Virus record (IMG/VR): IMGVR_UViG_3300037483_001818
Length of the DNA stretch: 64,000 nucleotides
Reading direction: 5' to 3' (one strand)
From: a virus
Lineage: Duplodnaviria; Heunggongvirae; Uroviricota; Caudoviricetes
Shown here: piece by piece, positions 1 through 9,490 of the stretch
Position numbering within the stretch: the stretch's first letter is position 1
Layout: each line of letters opens with the position of its first letter
Notes under the pieces: model-generated
Told to the model about the DNA's origin: nothing
Databases searched by the model: none
The model's input: the letters and a program-made list of their open reading frames with translations, nothing else
Position numbers and translations under genes: made by a program

Positions 1-85
1 CACGAGCGCGGACTTGCCGGGGATACCACCGGGGCCCATAACGTCGGGCTGCACGAGCGTCTCCCCGCCCGGCTTCTTCAGCTGA

Positions 86-523
86 TCATTGCCCACGGAG
101 CGTCTCCCGCGTGCGCGACGGAAGCACGATGCCCTGCCAGTGTTCGGTGCACTTGCCAGCAGGACGCTTTCGCTCGATCGTGACGTTGAGGACCTTGGGA
201 CCGTGATCCCCCCAACCCCAGTGGCGCACCTCGACGACGAGCGTTTTTGTACCGAATGTCCAGGTACCCGTTGCGTGGACGCCTGCGGAATACTGTGGTG
301 CCGCTGAGTCGCGAGAGTCACGCGTGGTGAACTGCATGTCCTCACGTCCGACGGTCACGACGGGCTGTCCCTTCAAGAGTCCGAACAGCTCATCGCGAGT
401 TTCCTCGCCACACGGAGACGTGGTCTTCTCGAATTCGCCCTCTGACGTGTGGACCACGTACGGCGTATCGGCTGCGGCCACGCTCAGGAACAAACACAGC
501 ATTGTCAGCGATCGAACAACCAT
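86..523 (-). CDS. Hypothetical exported protein
   Basis: 145-aa ORF with hydrophobic N-terminus ending AAA-D (signal-peptide-like); directly downstream of the RHH gene. Confidence 0.55.
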   Translation of the reverse strand: MVVRSLTMLCLFLSVAAADTPYVVHTSEGEFEKTTSPCGEETRDELFGLLKGQPVVTVGREDMQFTTRDSRDSAAPQYSAGVHATGTWTFGTKTLVVEVRHWGWGDHGPKVLNVTIERKRPAGKCTEHWQGIVLPSRTRETLRGQ

Positions 524-534
524 CGTGACTCCTT

Positions 535-735
535 TCAGGACCTCTCTGTTCCCGCGGCTGGCTGAGCGACGTGTGTTGGGGTGGCTTCCACCAGGCGAAG
601 CAGCGCCTCCCGGAGCACGCTGGATCTTGATGCCGAGACCTCGGCAGTCTTCGTTCGACGGCGTCGTACTTCCGCGTCGAGCAGGGAAACCTGCTTCGCG
701 GTCAACTTCACGCCAACGAGTTTCAAGCGCGTCAC
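535..735 (-). CDS. Ribbon-helix-helix (CopG/Arc-like) DNA-binding protein
   Basis: Beta strand LKLVGVKLT, helix A (AKQVSLLDAEV), helix B (SRSSVLREALLRLV): typical RHH pattern. Confidence 0.7.
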   Translation of the reverse strand: MTRLKLVGVKLTAKQVSLLDAEVRRRRTKTAEVSASRSSVLREALLRLVEATPTHVAQPAAGTERS

Positions 736-737
736 GT

Positions 738-765
738 CTCCAGTATAACCCGGGTTATACTGGAG
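738..765. promoter_or_regulatory. Perfect 28-bp palindrome overlapping the RHH promoter (likely operator)
   Basis: CTCCAGTATAACCC-GGGTTATACTGGAG; on the minus strand TTCACG-N18-TATACT-N6-GTG(735). Confidence 0.65.
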
Positions 766-874
766 CGTGAAGGACTAAGATTATCTCATGGCCCGAGATG
801 TCGACCAGTCCAGCATCCCAGCACTTGTCAGCGGTTAGCTGTACCGCAGGTAATGACCTCCGTCACTCCCGTCG

Positions 875-1147
875 TCAGCCGTTATCCGGCTCCAGCGCAT
901 GCGTGTGTTGATGCTCGAACTGTCCTTGGTGACAAGGTTTGCTCCAGCCGTCGCCGTTTGCAGGCATGGCCTCGTGCTGCATGTCGACGAAAGCGCCGCA
1001 GTTGTAGCAGACGTCGCTGTGTACCGCGCCGCAGTTGCACTCGAATACGAACGCTTGATAGCAGCCGCATGCGGTGCATGGTTTGTCAGCGATGTAGACC
1101 GGCGTATCGGCGTCCGTCGTGACCTTCGTCGCCTTCGTCGAAAGCAT
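875..1147 (-). CDS. Small Cys/His-rich (zinc-finger-like) protein
   Basis: CTACGC, CNCG and CYNC motifs; start re-assigned to MLSTK just after the upstream stop. Confidence 0.55.
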   Translation of the reverse strand: MLSTKATKVTTDADTPVYIADKPCTACGCYQAFVFECNCGAVHSDVCYNCGAFVDMQHEAMPANGDGWSKPCHQGQFEHQHTHALEPDNG

Positions 1148-1152
1148 CGAGG

Positions 1153-1365
1153 CTACTTCGTTCCCTGGGCCACGAAGCCTGTGGCTCGTCCTGGCTGGCG
1201 CGGGGTGCCGGTCCACACCTCGTACGAAACGAACTTCCGGGTGCGCGCGGCCTCGCTCACTGCGTAGGTCTCTGCGGCGTTCTTGTCATCGAACGTGCCG
1301 ACGAAGTGCGCCTTGCCGAGCATGCCGTTGATCACGTTCACCGTGAAGGTTGTCGGCGCGGCCAT
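1153..1365 (-). CDS. Small hypothetical beta-beta-alpha-beta protein
   Basis: Protein-like composition; GTFDDKNAAETYA helix motif. Confidence 0.6.
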   Translation of the reverse strand: MAAPTTFTVNVINGMLGKAHFVGTFDDKNAAETYAVSEAARTRKFVSYEVWTGTPRQPGRATGFVAQGTK

Positions 1366-1931
1366 CGTCAGTTCAATTCGTCCGGCGGCGTCGCGGGTAC
1401 CGGTGCGCGCCGCGGTTTGCGTGCCGCGCCCACAGCTACGCTGATGATGAACACCAAGGCAAATAGTCCCCAGGGCATTCTAGTTCGCTCCTTCGGCGCG
1501 GCGCGCGCGCTCGTTCCGTGCGACGTCGAGTGCATGCTCAAGTCCGGTGTCGCAGAGCGAGGTGAACAGCGCGGCGAGATGTTCGCGCAGCTCGTCGTGG
1601 TAGGCCGCATCGTGCTCGACGTGTGCCCGCGAGACTAGGAAGTCCGGTTCGGGAACGGGATCGGGTTCGATGATCGTGGTCTGCGTGCTGGGAGCGATCC
1701 TCTTGATCAGCGCGCCCAGCTCGTCGCCGACGTCGGCCAGCGCGTCGTCCGCGACTGCGATCCGCAGGCGCAGGGTTTCCCCGCGACGGACCTCGAAGTG
1801 TGTGAGGCGGACGCGCGGGGCGCGGGCCTTCTTGCGTGGGCGATCCGGCGGCGGCATGACGTTCGATGCAGTTGTCCTGGTGTCTTGGGTCGTTTTGCGC
1901 ACGCTCATCGGCATACGTTGTCGTCGCTCCA

Positions 1932-2423
1932 TCAGCCTAGCTTCCGAAGCATCGCAGCGGCTTCGTTCGCCCCTTCCTTCGTGCTGTAGCCGGTTCCATC
2001 TGCGTTGTAGATGCTTCCGCGGACGACGCGTCCGTTGCTGTTCACGGGCTGCCATCGAGAGCCGACCTTACGCACGGTGATCTTTGTGCGCGGTGTCTTC
2101 TTCGTGGCATGAGCACTCGGCGACGAGGGTTTTTTGCTGGACCGTGGTGAGCGTCGGATCAGGTAGCCCGTCAGATTCTCGTCGAACTCGGCTTCGTCCG
2201 CGATGCCGCGCTGCTCGTCGTCGGCGAATGCGAGAGCGCTGGAAGCAACCTCGTCGTACGCTTTGGGCGAGTCGTATGCGACTCCAGGTCCGAAGCCCGC
2301 GGGGGCGGGATTCACGATGCCGCGCCACAGGAGCTTGCCGCCGCTGCTCACTGCCGTGCGGTAGTGGTTCTTGTCGTCGTACACGACGCTGATCTGGAGG
2401 TTACCCGAGTATCGCTTCGCCAT
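1932..2423 (-). CDS. Two-domain basic protein with AHATKK linker (candidate virion core/cargo)
   Basis: Two compact domains separated by the S/K-rich linker SSKKPSSPSAHATKK. Confidence 0.65.
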   Translation of the reverse strand: MAKRYSGNLQISVVYDDKNHYRTAVSSGGKLLWRGIVNPAPAGFGPGVAYDSPKAYDEVASSALAFADDEQRGIADEAEFDENLTGYLIRRSPRSSKKPSSPSAHATKKTPRTKITVRKVGSRWQPVNSNGRVVRGSIYNADGTGYSTKEGANEAAAMLRKLG

Positions 2424-2500
2424 AGTACGTTCCTATCGGTTGGTGTCGCCGTCGCACGTGATCGCGCAGTCAGGATCTTCACGGCAGATCGCGTGCGCGT

Positions 2501-2785
2501 TCACGCCGCGTTCTCCACGCAGCCTTCGTGCGCGATCTGAAACACGCGCTTCCATTCGTAGAGCTTCTCGTCGAAGTCGGGAGGCACTCGACTCGCGAGC
2601 GCGTCTCCCCGAATGCCGCCCTGGAACGCGGCCAGCATGCTTGCTGGCAGCTCCATCTTCTCCTCAGCACCGCAGCGCGTGCACTTCTGGAGCAAGATCG
2701 TGCCGTCGAGCTTGTTGCCGATCCACTTCGCAGCAGGTGAGGCGCCAAGCGTCTCCGCTGCACGGATGGATTGTTCGTGGTTCAT
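2501..2785 (-). CDS. Hypothetical protein with CxxC...HxxC zinc-binding pattern
   Basis: CTRC...HEGC; RBS-like GGAG upstream. Confidence 0.55.
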   Translation of the reverse strand: MNHEQSIRAAETLGASPAAKWIGNKLDGTILLQKCTRCGAEEKMELPASMLAAFQGGIRGDALASRVPPDFDEKLYEWKRVFQIAHEGCVENAA

Positions 2786-2912
2786 CGTCGCACCCACTCC
2801 TCGAAGGAGTCTTGCAGGTGCCACAGCGCGCGCAAGATTCGGCGACGCGGCGGCCAGTCGAGCAGGAGGTAGCGTCGCGGTGACAGGCGGTCACGATGGT
2901 GCTTCGTTCGGC

Positions 2913-3278
2913 TCATCGAGCTTCTGCCTGCACAGCTGGTGGATTGGTGCTCCTCCTGCGCAGCTCCGCGCGGATCTCCTTGATCTCGTGCTCGATACCC
3001 TCCAGCGCGCGGGCCTGTCGATAGCTGAACGACTGCCCGACGCAGGACATGAACGACGCACCGACGCCGACAGCAGCGATCAAGACCGCGACGAGGAGCT
3101 TTCGGCGCAGAGAGCCCTTGCCTGGTAGATCACCGGGCGCGGATCCGGGCGTCGGCATCATTCCGGCCGTGAGCAGCTTGGCAAGGTCTTCGGGGGATAT
3201 CTCCTCGGCGGATAGCGGCACGGCGTGCGGCACACCCGGAGGCGGTTCGTTACCCAAGCTCCACCGCTCGTCGCTCAC
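2913..3278 (-). CDS. Single-pass membrane protein with C-terminal coiled coil
   Basis: LLVAVLIAAVGVGASF hydrophobic helix, then ALEGIEHEIKEIRAEL; GTGA-coupled start. Confidence 0.5.
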   Translation of the reverse strand: MSDERWSLGNEPPPGVPHAVPLSAEEISPEDLAKLLTAGMMPTPGSAPGDLPGKGSLRRKLLVAVLIAAVGVGASFMSCVGQSFSYRQARALEGIEHEIKEIRAELRRRSTNPPAVQAEAR

Positions 3279-3749
3279 GAGCGGCCTTTCGCGACGATCT
3301 GCTCCCAGCGTTGACATAGATCGTCCGAGACGACGATCTTCTTCTCGGAGGTGTGTGGCAGCGAAGAGCTTGCCGAAGAGCTGGAGAGTGGCGGGTGCTT
3401 CGGGATGCGTCGCCCCCGGACGGTCGCGGTGTTCACGAAGCCATCCTACCCGACGGTTCCGACGCCCGGCCAGTAAAGAGAGATCTCCTCGTCGTTTCAA
3501 TCCACGCGATCACGGCATAGTGATCGCGACTGGAGAACGCTAGCACGTGGCAGTAGGACACGACGACGGCAACGACGGCGAGCAGCGAAAACGGCAATGG
3601 AGCAATAGACGGGACCGCGGTGCTTGCGGACTGCCTCGATGATCGATCGCGCGAGGCTCTCACCTGCTTCCTGCCCGATGACGAGCGCGTTCTGGTGCGC
3701 TCGTGAGGGTTTCTTCGAGGCGGGCATTGGGGAGCGGTGGTGCTCAGGA

Positions 3750-4520
3750 TCATGAAGCTGTGCGGGATTCCATCGTAGCGGGTCGAACTGCTGGACGATC
3801 GACTCCTTCGTTCGCCCATGCAACTGCTTCGTTGAGGCGGCGCCAGATTTCATCTGGGCTGAGGTCCTCGCAGCCGACGAAGCGCGCGAGAAGCGCTTCT
3901 TGCGCGGCGTGATATGCCTGGGCATACGCCAGTGCGTAGACGTCGTCACCTACGAGTAATGAAATGCCTGGCGGCAGTGGCAATGAAATGCCCACTGGGG
4001 GCGGCAATGGAAAGTCGGCCAGCTCGCGGTAGCGGTTGAGCCAACGTAGGCCCTCAGCGAAGGTACGCGTCACTCGTCGAGATTCCTGTTCGACCGGTTC
4101 GGTCATTGCGGGACCGCGACCAATGACAGCTCCGTAGAAATGGGCACCTTCTGGGCGTTGTCCTGTGTAGGTCACGACGAACTCGAGCGATCTGTTGCAG
4201 GGCGCGATGTCGAGAGCCAGCCCGTATATTGGAACGTCCTTCGTCGAAAACTGTTCGATGACCTGTGAGACGCCGTCGACCACGATCTCGTGCACGAACC
4301 AATCCTCGCCGTAAGGTCCCTGAAGAAAGAGACGCTCGGCATGAAATGGGGTCGGGGTTTGGGTTTCGCTGGGTGTTGCGTAGCAGCGCACTCGTTCGTT
4401 GTGCTTGATCGAAGGTGTTGGCCTGGTGTTGTCCTCTTTGTCCGAGCACACTCGCATCATCTCTCGACTGCCTGGGATGGACGGCTTGTCGGAGGCTTCG
4501 ATCGTATTCTCTTCAGGCAT
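3750..4520 (-). CDS. Beta-sandwich (jelly-roll-like) domain protein, paralog A
   Basis: FHAERLFL...WFVHEIVVDGVSQ...LDIAPCNRSLEFVVTY aligns by eye with 43476-44198 and 58084-58566; TAGTCT-N6-ATG. Confidence 0.55.
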   Translation of the reverse strand: MPEENTIEASDKPSIPGSREMMRVCSDKEDNTRPTPSIKHNERVRCYATPSETQTPTPFHAERLFLQGPYGEDWFVHEIVVDGVSQVIEQFSTKDVPIYGLALDIAPCNRSLEFVVTYTGQRPEGAHFYGAVIGRGPAMTEPVEQESRRVTRTFAEGLRWLNRYRELADFPLPPPVGISLPLPPGISLLVGDDVYALAYAQAYHAAQEALLARFVGCEDLSPDEIWRRLNEAVAWANEGVDRPAVRPATMESRTAS

Positions 4521-4569
4521 GGGAGCAGACTACCGCGTGATGCATTCTCCTGGTCCGCGGTTCGCGGAA

Positions 4570-5049
4570 TCACCGCGTACGCTTGTCGCCGCGAAGCGCG
4601 TCGGCGATCTCGCGGTCGAGTTGCTTCTTTGACTTCGATGCCTTCGTCGGTACAGCAACGATTCGCTCGGCGATCTTGATGTCGGCTTGCGAGGTTGGCA
4701 GCCGGTCATCCACCACGTCATGAAGACCCCAGAACTTCTTGCGGGGTCGCGAGAGTGCGTCGCCGGGCTCGCGCACGAGGCGCCCGATCCGGATCGATTC
4801 GTCGACCACGATGTGGTCAGCACCGCCGTACGAACCAGTTTCCTGCGCGGTATACGCGTGCGCGATGTGCCAGCGAAAAGGTAGCTGGGCGAGCAGCAAG
4901 CGCAGGTATTGCTCTCGTTTGACGAGCAGCTCGTCGTAGAGCCGTTCGTTCTCCGCGCGCGCGGCGGGTTCGTAGAGACCGCGTGCGAGCTTCCACGCGC
5001 GGCGGCGATCCTTTTCCAGCTGTTCGTAGTCGCCGACCGCCACGTTCAA
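4570..5049 (-). CDS. Hypothetical protein with C-terminal KSKKQLDREIADAL tag
   Basis: Tag shared with ORFs at 6964, 8183 and 10733; TTGA-coupled start. Confidence 0.65.
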   Translation of the reverse strand: MNVAVGDYEQLEKDRRRAWKLARGLYEPAARAENERLYDELLVKREQYLRLLLAQLPFRWHIAHAYTAQETGSYGGADHIVVDESIRIGRLVREPGDALSRPRKKFWGLHDVVDDRLPTSQADIKIAERIVAVPTKASKSKKQLDREIADALRGDKRTR

Positions 5050-5489
5050 TCCAGCTCGAGGAGCGCGAAGCGTTTCACGGAGTCGTCGGAATCATGGTCA
5101 CGGTGTTGAGGCCCCGACGCCCCGGAGCTGGCCAACCGAGCTGCCTCACCGCGCAGCCGTGCGATTTCGTCGGTCAAGCGCTGGTTGTCCCTTCGAAGTC
5201 GCGCGCATTCCTCGACCAGTTCAAGCGCGGTCTGTGGCTCGGTCGCCGTCGATGCGGGAAGGGCGAGCCTGGTCGGTCGCGCGGTCGTTTGCCGCGGGCC
5301 GGTGATCGTGACCTGGCTGTGCACGGCGACCACGTTGGTCACGGCTTCTCGCGCCCGTGGTTGACCGCGTTGTCCCTCCAGTACAAATCCCGTTGCGGGG
5401 GCATCGGAGGGTGGCCGGCGTCGCGCGGTGATACCGCAGACGGCCAACTGTCCGACGAGATCGGGGTTGAAGAAGACGTGAACTGTCAC
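5046..5489 (-). CDS. Coiled-coil protein ending RFALLELD
   Basis: Heptad segment CARLRRDNQRLTDEIARLR; TACGAT-N6-GTG upstream. Confidence 0.6.
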   Translation of the reverse strand: MTVHVFFNPDLVGQLAVCGITARRRPPSDAPATGFVLEGQRGQPRAREAVTNVVAVHSQVTITGPRQTTARPTRLALPASTATEPQTALELVEECARLRRDNQRLTDEIARLRGEAARLASSGASGPQHRDHDSDDSVKRFALLELD

Positions 5490-5542
5490 CGATCGATCGT
5501 AGCGCGGGACCGGCTACGAATGAACAACGATCCCGTGGCGAT

Positions 5543-5716
5543 CTACCCGTGCAGCTTCGCTACCGCAGACGGTGCGAGCGCGATGAGTAGCGCGAGGATC
5601 GAGGAGAACAGGAGCATCTCGCCGATGCGTACGCGCTTGTTGTTCGCGCCTTCCGCGGGCAAGAGGAACATGAGGAGGCCGGCGATCAGGGCGACGAAGA
5701 GGAGATAGGATGCCAT
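5543..5716 (-). CDS. Small two-TM membrane protein (holin-like topology)
   Basis: Two hydrophobic helices joined by a basic loop; TTGAAC-N18-TACGAT-N6-ATG. Confidence 0.55.
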   Translation of the reverse strand: MASYLLFVALIAGLLMFLLPAEGANNKRVRIGEMLLFSSILALLIALAPSAVAKLHG

Positions 5717-5768
5717 GGCTAGATCGTAGGCCGCAGATCGATCGCGGTTCAAGGACGACCTTGGATGT

Positions 5769-6155
5769 ATGCTGCGGCACGTGCCCGTTCGCTACGTCGC
5801 GGTGATCATCGAAGATCTGCAAGGACGTGTGCTCCTTCTCCTACGTGGGCCTACGGCCCCGTTGATGCCGAACCGATGGAACTTGCCCGGCGGCAAGATC
5901 GAGTCCGGCGAGTCGACGGTGGAAGCTGCGATGCGCGAGACGCTTGAGGAGACGGCCCTTCGCGTATTCGCGCTCTCGTCTGTCGCGCGAATCGGCGATC
6001 TCGTGGTGTTCCACGCGGACGATTGGGCGGGTCGCGTGCGCCTCGTCGATCGCGAGCACACACGTGCGACGTGGGTACCTAAGGAGATCGCGTGGACGTG
6101 GGATCTTATCTCGCCGCAGGGTGAGGTATTGCGGCGTTTCGTTGGTAGTAGCTAG
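5769..6155 (+). CDS. Nudix hydrolase
   Basis: Nudix box G-KIESG-E-STVEAAM-RETLEETAL. Confidence 0.92.
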   Translation: MLRHVPVRYVAVIIEDLQGRVLLLLRGPTAPLMPNRWNLPGGKIESGESTVEAAMRETLEETALRVFALSSVARIGDLVVFHADDWAGRVRLVDREHTRATWVPKEIAWTWDLISPQGEVLRRFVGSS

Positions 6156-6185
6156 GCCGCCGTCGAGCCATCGAGCCGAGGTCGT

Positions 6186-6506
6186 TCAGTATCGCGCGGC
6201 AGCGCGTACGCGCATCAGATCTCCCTCTTCCAGCTTGAGGCCCTTCTTCGTGTAGTACGCGTCCCACGCACGATTTTGCTCGGCCTGGGACATACCTGGT
6301 GTGATGCCAACTTCGCGGGCGCGTGCACGACCCTCGCGTTCCAGATCCTGCATTTCTTTGACAATCGGGCGCGTAAGCAGGTAGGCGGCTCCGCCGATGA
6401 CGGCCGCGCCGATCGCGATCTTCCACCACGGTGTTGCCGTTGTCGGTTGATCTGCACCGACATGGGCATAGTGGCCGTTTGGTCCGTAATTTCCGCGTTC
6501 GTTCAT
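6186..6506 (-). CDS. Single-pass membrane protein
   Basis: WWKIAIGAAVIGGAAYLL TM helix; TATAGT-N6-ATG. Confidence 0.6.
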   Translation of the reverse strand: MNERGNYGPNGHYAHVGADQPTTATPWWKIAIGAAVIGGAAYLLTRPIVKEMQDLEREGRARAREVGITPGMSQAEQNRAWDAYYTKKGLKLEEGDLMRVRAAARY

Positions 6507-6513
6507 GTGATGA

Positions 6514-6714
6514 CTATACGCGTGCGACGCTCGTTGCGTCGAGCCAGCCACTCACGCCGCGCGGGCTCCGTAGGTGAACGCGCCAGTACGGGTTGCCGCG
6601 CGTCCCGAGGTTCTTGATCTCATCGACGATCAAGGTTTCGTCCTTGTAGAACGGAGGCACGCGGTAGTCGGATACGACGACGTCACCTGGCGACAGCGGT
6701 GCTCCACGAGGCAT
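6514..6714 (-). CDS. Small SH3/KOW-like beta protein
   Basis: LSPGDVVV...LIVDEI...YWRVHL...GWLDATSV pattern; GGAGG RBS. Confidence 0.55.
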   Translation of the reverse strand: MPRGAPLSPGDVVVSDYRVPPFYKDETLIVDEIKNLGTRGNPYWRVHLRSPRGVSGWLDATSVARV

Positions 6715-6963
6715 GGCTTAGCCTCCCATAGACAGTTTCTTGAGCCCAGTGCTTGCGATCGGCTACGCTCGCTTCGTGAAGCGAAACCTGATCGCCGTTC
6801 CGATGGGGGCATGCCCATACAACCCACGCATCATTCCGACCAGCACGGTCGTCATGCTGAGCATCGACACGGGACCGCTGGGCGTCTGTCAGGCACTGCC
6901 GTGCTTCGCCGGCCGGCGCCGCCGCCGTCGGTGCCGGTAGCACGGATCTGATAGGCTCAGGTC

Positions 6964-7377
6964 GTGGCCAAGTCCTCTGCCCAACTCGACCGCGAGATCG
7001 CCCAGTCGCTCGGATTGCCGGATGTGGTCACGAAGAAGTGGCGGTCCAAGGTCGCGGCGTACAAACGTGCGATCGCCAAGCTGGAAGCGGGCTACAGCGA
7101 TGAGCTTTTCTACGCGGCAGCTCGCGCGCGTGACGCGCTCGACAAGGTGATCTACGAAGCGACGTCGCACATACCGTACGATCCGGCCAAGCCTGCGCAC
7201 CTGTCCGATGCGATCCAGGCGCTCGAGCGCGAGCGAAACGCGCTCGTGTCGAGCACATGGGAGCCGGCGAAGGAACGCGGTCGCGAGGCGAATCGGCGCT
7301 CTGGTGAAGAGGAGATCAAGCGTCTCCGCGAAGCCGAGCGCGAAGCTCGCCGCCCCTACGACTGGATGCGCCGATGA
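6964..7377 (+). CDS. Helical protein with N-terminal KSSAQLDREIAQSL tag
   Basis: Tag motif; TAGGCT-N6-GTG leaderless-type promoter. Confidence 0.7.
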   Translation: MAKSSAQLDREIAQSLGLPDVVTKKWRSKVAAYKRAIAKLEAGYSDELFYAAARARDALDKVIYEATSHIPYDPAKPAHLSDAIQALERERNALVSSTWEPAKERGREANRRSGEEEIKRLREAEREARRPYDWMRR

Positions 7378-7562
7378 AGTTTCGATCTGCGCTCATCCGT
7401 ATTCAGCGTGAGGCTCTCGCGCGCCTCGCGGCGAAGTTGCCGACGCGGCTCTTGGATGATGCACGTATCGCGATGACTGACGAGCTGGCTCGGCGGGGTT
7501 ACCACCTGATTCCTCGTTCACGACCGCAGGCGCGCAAGAAAAGCATGTTGGGGAGGCACTAG

Positions 7563-8183
7563 ATGGCCCGCAAGTACGGCAAAAAGGCTTCCGAGAAGAT
7601 CGGCAAAACGATGCACGAGTTCAAGCGCGGCAAGCTCAAGAGCGGTGGCTCGGGCAAGAAGGTCACGAGTCGCAAGCAGGCGATCGCGATCGGCATCTCG
7701 CAGGCAGCACGCGCGGGCTACAAGGTTCCGCCGCCGCCGCGTGGGCACGCGACGATGAGTGATGATGAGCGTGTTCGCGCGTATCTCAGCAACATGCGAC
7801 CGGGCTCTGAGATCGATGGGTGGGGTCTGGCACGCGCTCTCAAGATCGAGCCGATCGCAGCAAGTTATGCGCTCGCACGTGCGGAGAAGGCAGGGCTCGC
7901 TGTCACGGGTGATGGTCAGTGGTTCGGCCCGGCAAGTTCGGAGCGAGGGCGCGCACACGCGAAGATGCGGAGCTCTCCCGTTGTGTTGACGGGCAGCGTG
8001 ACCATGCCGACCGGCAAGAGCGCCGAGATCCACATCCATCATGGCAAAGGCGGCTATGACGGCGTGCTCGTGCTCGCTAACGGCGAGGAGTTGCCGATGT
8101 CCGTCGGCAAACCTTCCACCGCGGCTGAGGCGCTGCGCAACGCGAAGAAGTTCCTCGCGCAGGTCTATGGAAGGAGCAACTGA
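7563..8183 (+). CDS. Three-module basic protein: DUF6496-like N-terminus plus two domains joined by GHATM and AHAKM linkers
   Basis: N-terminus KYGKKASEKIGKTMHEFKRGKLKSGGSGKKVTSRKQAIAIG resembles DUF6496 small basic proteins (family recalled, not searched). Confidence 0.7.
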   Translation: MARKYGKKASEKIGKTMHEFKRGKLKSGGSGKKVTSRKQAIAIGISQAARAGYKVPPPPRGHATMSDDERVRAYLSNMRPGSEIDGWGLARALKIEPIAASYALARAEKAGLAVTGDGQWFGPASSERGRAHAKMRSSPVVLTGSVTMPTGKSAEIHIHHGKGGYDGVLVLANGEELPMSVGKPSTAAEALRNAKKFLAQVYGRSN

Positions 8184-8743
8184 TGGCGAAAAAGACGTCG
8201 CCCGCGCAGCTCGATCGCGAGATCGCCGAAGTCCTCGCGAAGAAGCCTTCGGACCAGTGGACCGTGCATGATCGCCTCGCGGTTATGACGCCTGCCCAGA
8301 AGAAGCGCGAGCTGAAGGACTTGCAGCAGGCCAGGGAGCGGACCTTTCGGGCTCTGGGATATGCCGGGAACACGCCCGATCAGGTGCGCAAGTATCACGA
8401 CGCGATCGCAGAGATCGACGCGAAGATGAAGCTGTTCGTTGGCAGCTCGCACGCGACGCGGCGGAGCCATTCCACCAAGGCGGCGAGCAACGGTCTCTTC
8501 GCTGTAGAGATCGATCGTTCCGAGTTCGACAGCGGTCGCGAGCTGCCGGACGGCGCGCGCTGGCGTCCTGATCGCGCGAAGCTCGCGGAAGACGAGCTGG
8601 CACGCGGTCGGTCCTATCGCCGTCCCAAGGATGCTCGCTACGCCGTGATCGAGTGGACAGGATTTCGTGGCGCGGTAGGCCGCCTGCTCGACTGGTTGGA
8701 AGGGGCGGCGGGTGTTACGCGCTACGCAGAGATCTTCGAGTAA
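8183..8743 (+). CDS. Two-domain protein with N-terminal SPAQLDREIAEVL tag and SHATRRSHSTK linker
   Basis: Carries both recurrent motifs; TGATG coupling. Confidence 0.7.
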   Translation: MAKKTSPAQLDREIAEVLAKKPSDQWTVHDRLAVMTPAQKKRELKDLQQARERTFRALGYAGNTPDQVRKYHDAIAEIDAKMKLFVGSSHATRRSHSTKAASNGLFAVEIDRSEFDSGRELPDGARWRPDRAKLAEDELARGRSYRRPKDARYAVIEWTGFRGAVGRLLDWLEGAAGVTRYAEIFE

Positions 8744-8757
8744 CGAGGGACATTTCA

Positions 8758-9426
8758 ATGAAGCAGCCACTCACGCATCTCGGCACGACGCCGTCGGGCA
8801 AGAAGGTCTTCCTCGAGAAGCTGCCGCACGAGTATCCGCGCTTCTCGAAGAGCGATCACTTGTACGCGGCAGTTCTCCATGGAGCGAACCGCACTCGTGG
8901 CGGAGCGGTCGCAGATCTGCATCGCTTGGCGGCCGGCGATCGTGATCGCGGCTCCAGATCTGGTCGCGCTGCACACGCGACGAAGAAGGACTTCGACTGG
9001 TCGTCGTTCACGGATGGGGCGGCGTTCGGGTTCTGGGCGAGCCCGTACGTGAGTGAAGTCGAGAACCTCGCCGAGGAATCACGGGAAGCGTATCGCGCGC
9101 TGTCTCCGGGCTCTGGCGGCAAGTGGGCTTCCGTGATGCCCAAGACGCCGCCCTCGGCGGAGGCAGCGGCGAAGAAGTTCACCAAGGCCGTGAAGGCTAA
9201 GCTCACCGATGCTCAGTTGAGCGAGCTCTCAGAGAAGTTTTCCGCACACGACGCGGGCTACTACGGTGCGATGCAGGCGCAAGGTGAGGGCGTTGGCTGG
9301 TTCGATGAAGGAGTTCGTCTCGATCCTCCGCGGGGGTTCGAATACGATCCGAAGATCCAAAACGCGGTCGCGAGCGCAATTGCCAAGGGTGCTCGCGAGG
9401 CTGGCGTCAAGCTGCCGCGGCGATAA
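8758..9426 (+). CDS. Two-domain protein with AHATKK linker
   Basis: GAGGGA RBS; linker RGSRSGRAAHATKK. Confidence 0.65.
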   Translation: MKQPLTHLGTTPSGKKVFLEKLPHEYPRFSKSDHLYAAVLHGANRTRGGAVADLHRLAAGDRDRGSRSGRAAHATKKDFDWSSFTDGAAFGFWASPYVSEVENLAEESREAYRALSPGSGGKWASVMPKTPPSAEAAAKKFTKAVKAKLTDAQLSELSEKFSAHDAGYYGAMQAQGEGVGWFDEGVRLDPPRGFEYDPKIQNAVASAIAKGAREAGVKLPRR

Positions 9427-9490
9427 GGCGCCTTCGTCTACAGCGCGTGCAGCGGGATCTGAGCTACTACGATCATAAGGAGAGCCGGCC

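Noticed and set aside
9330-9360. tRNA T-loop-like GGTTCGAAT
   Set aside because: Lies inside a coding frame (RGFEYD) with no cloverleaf
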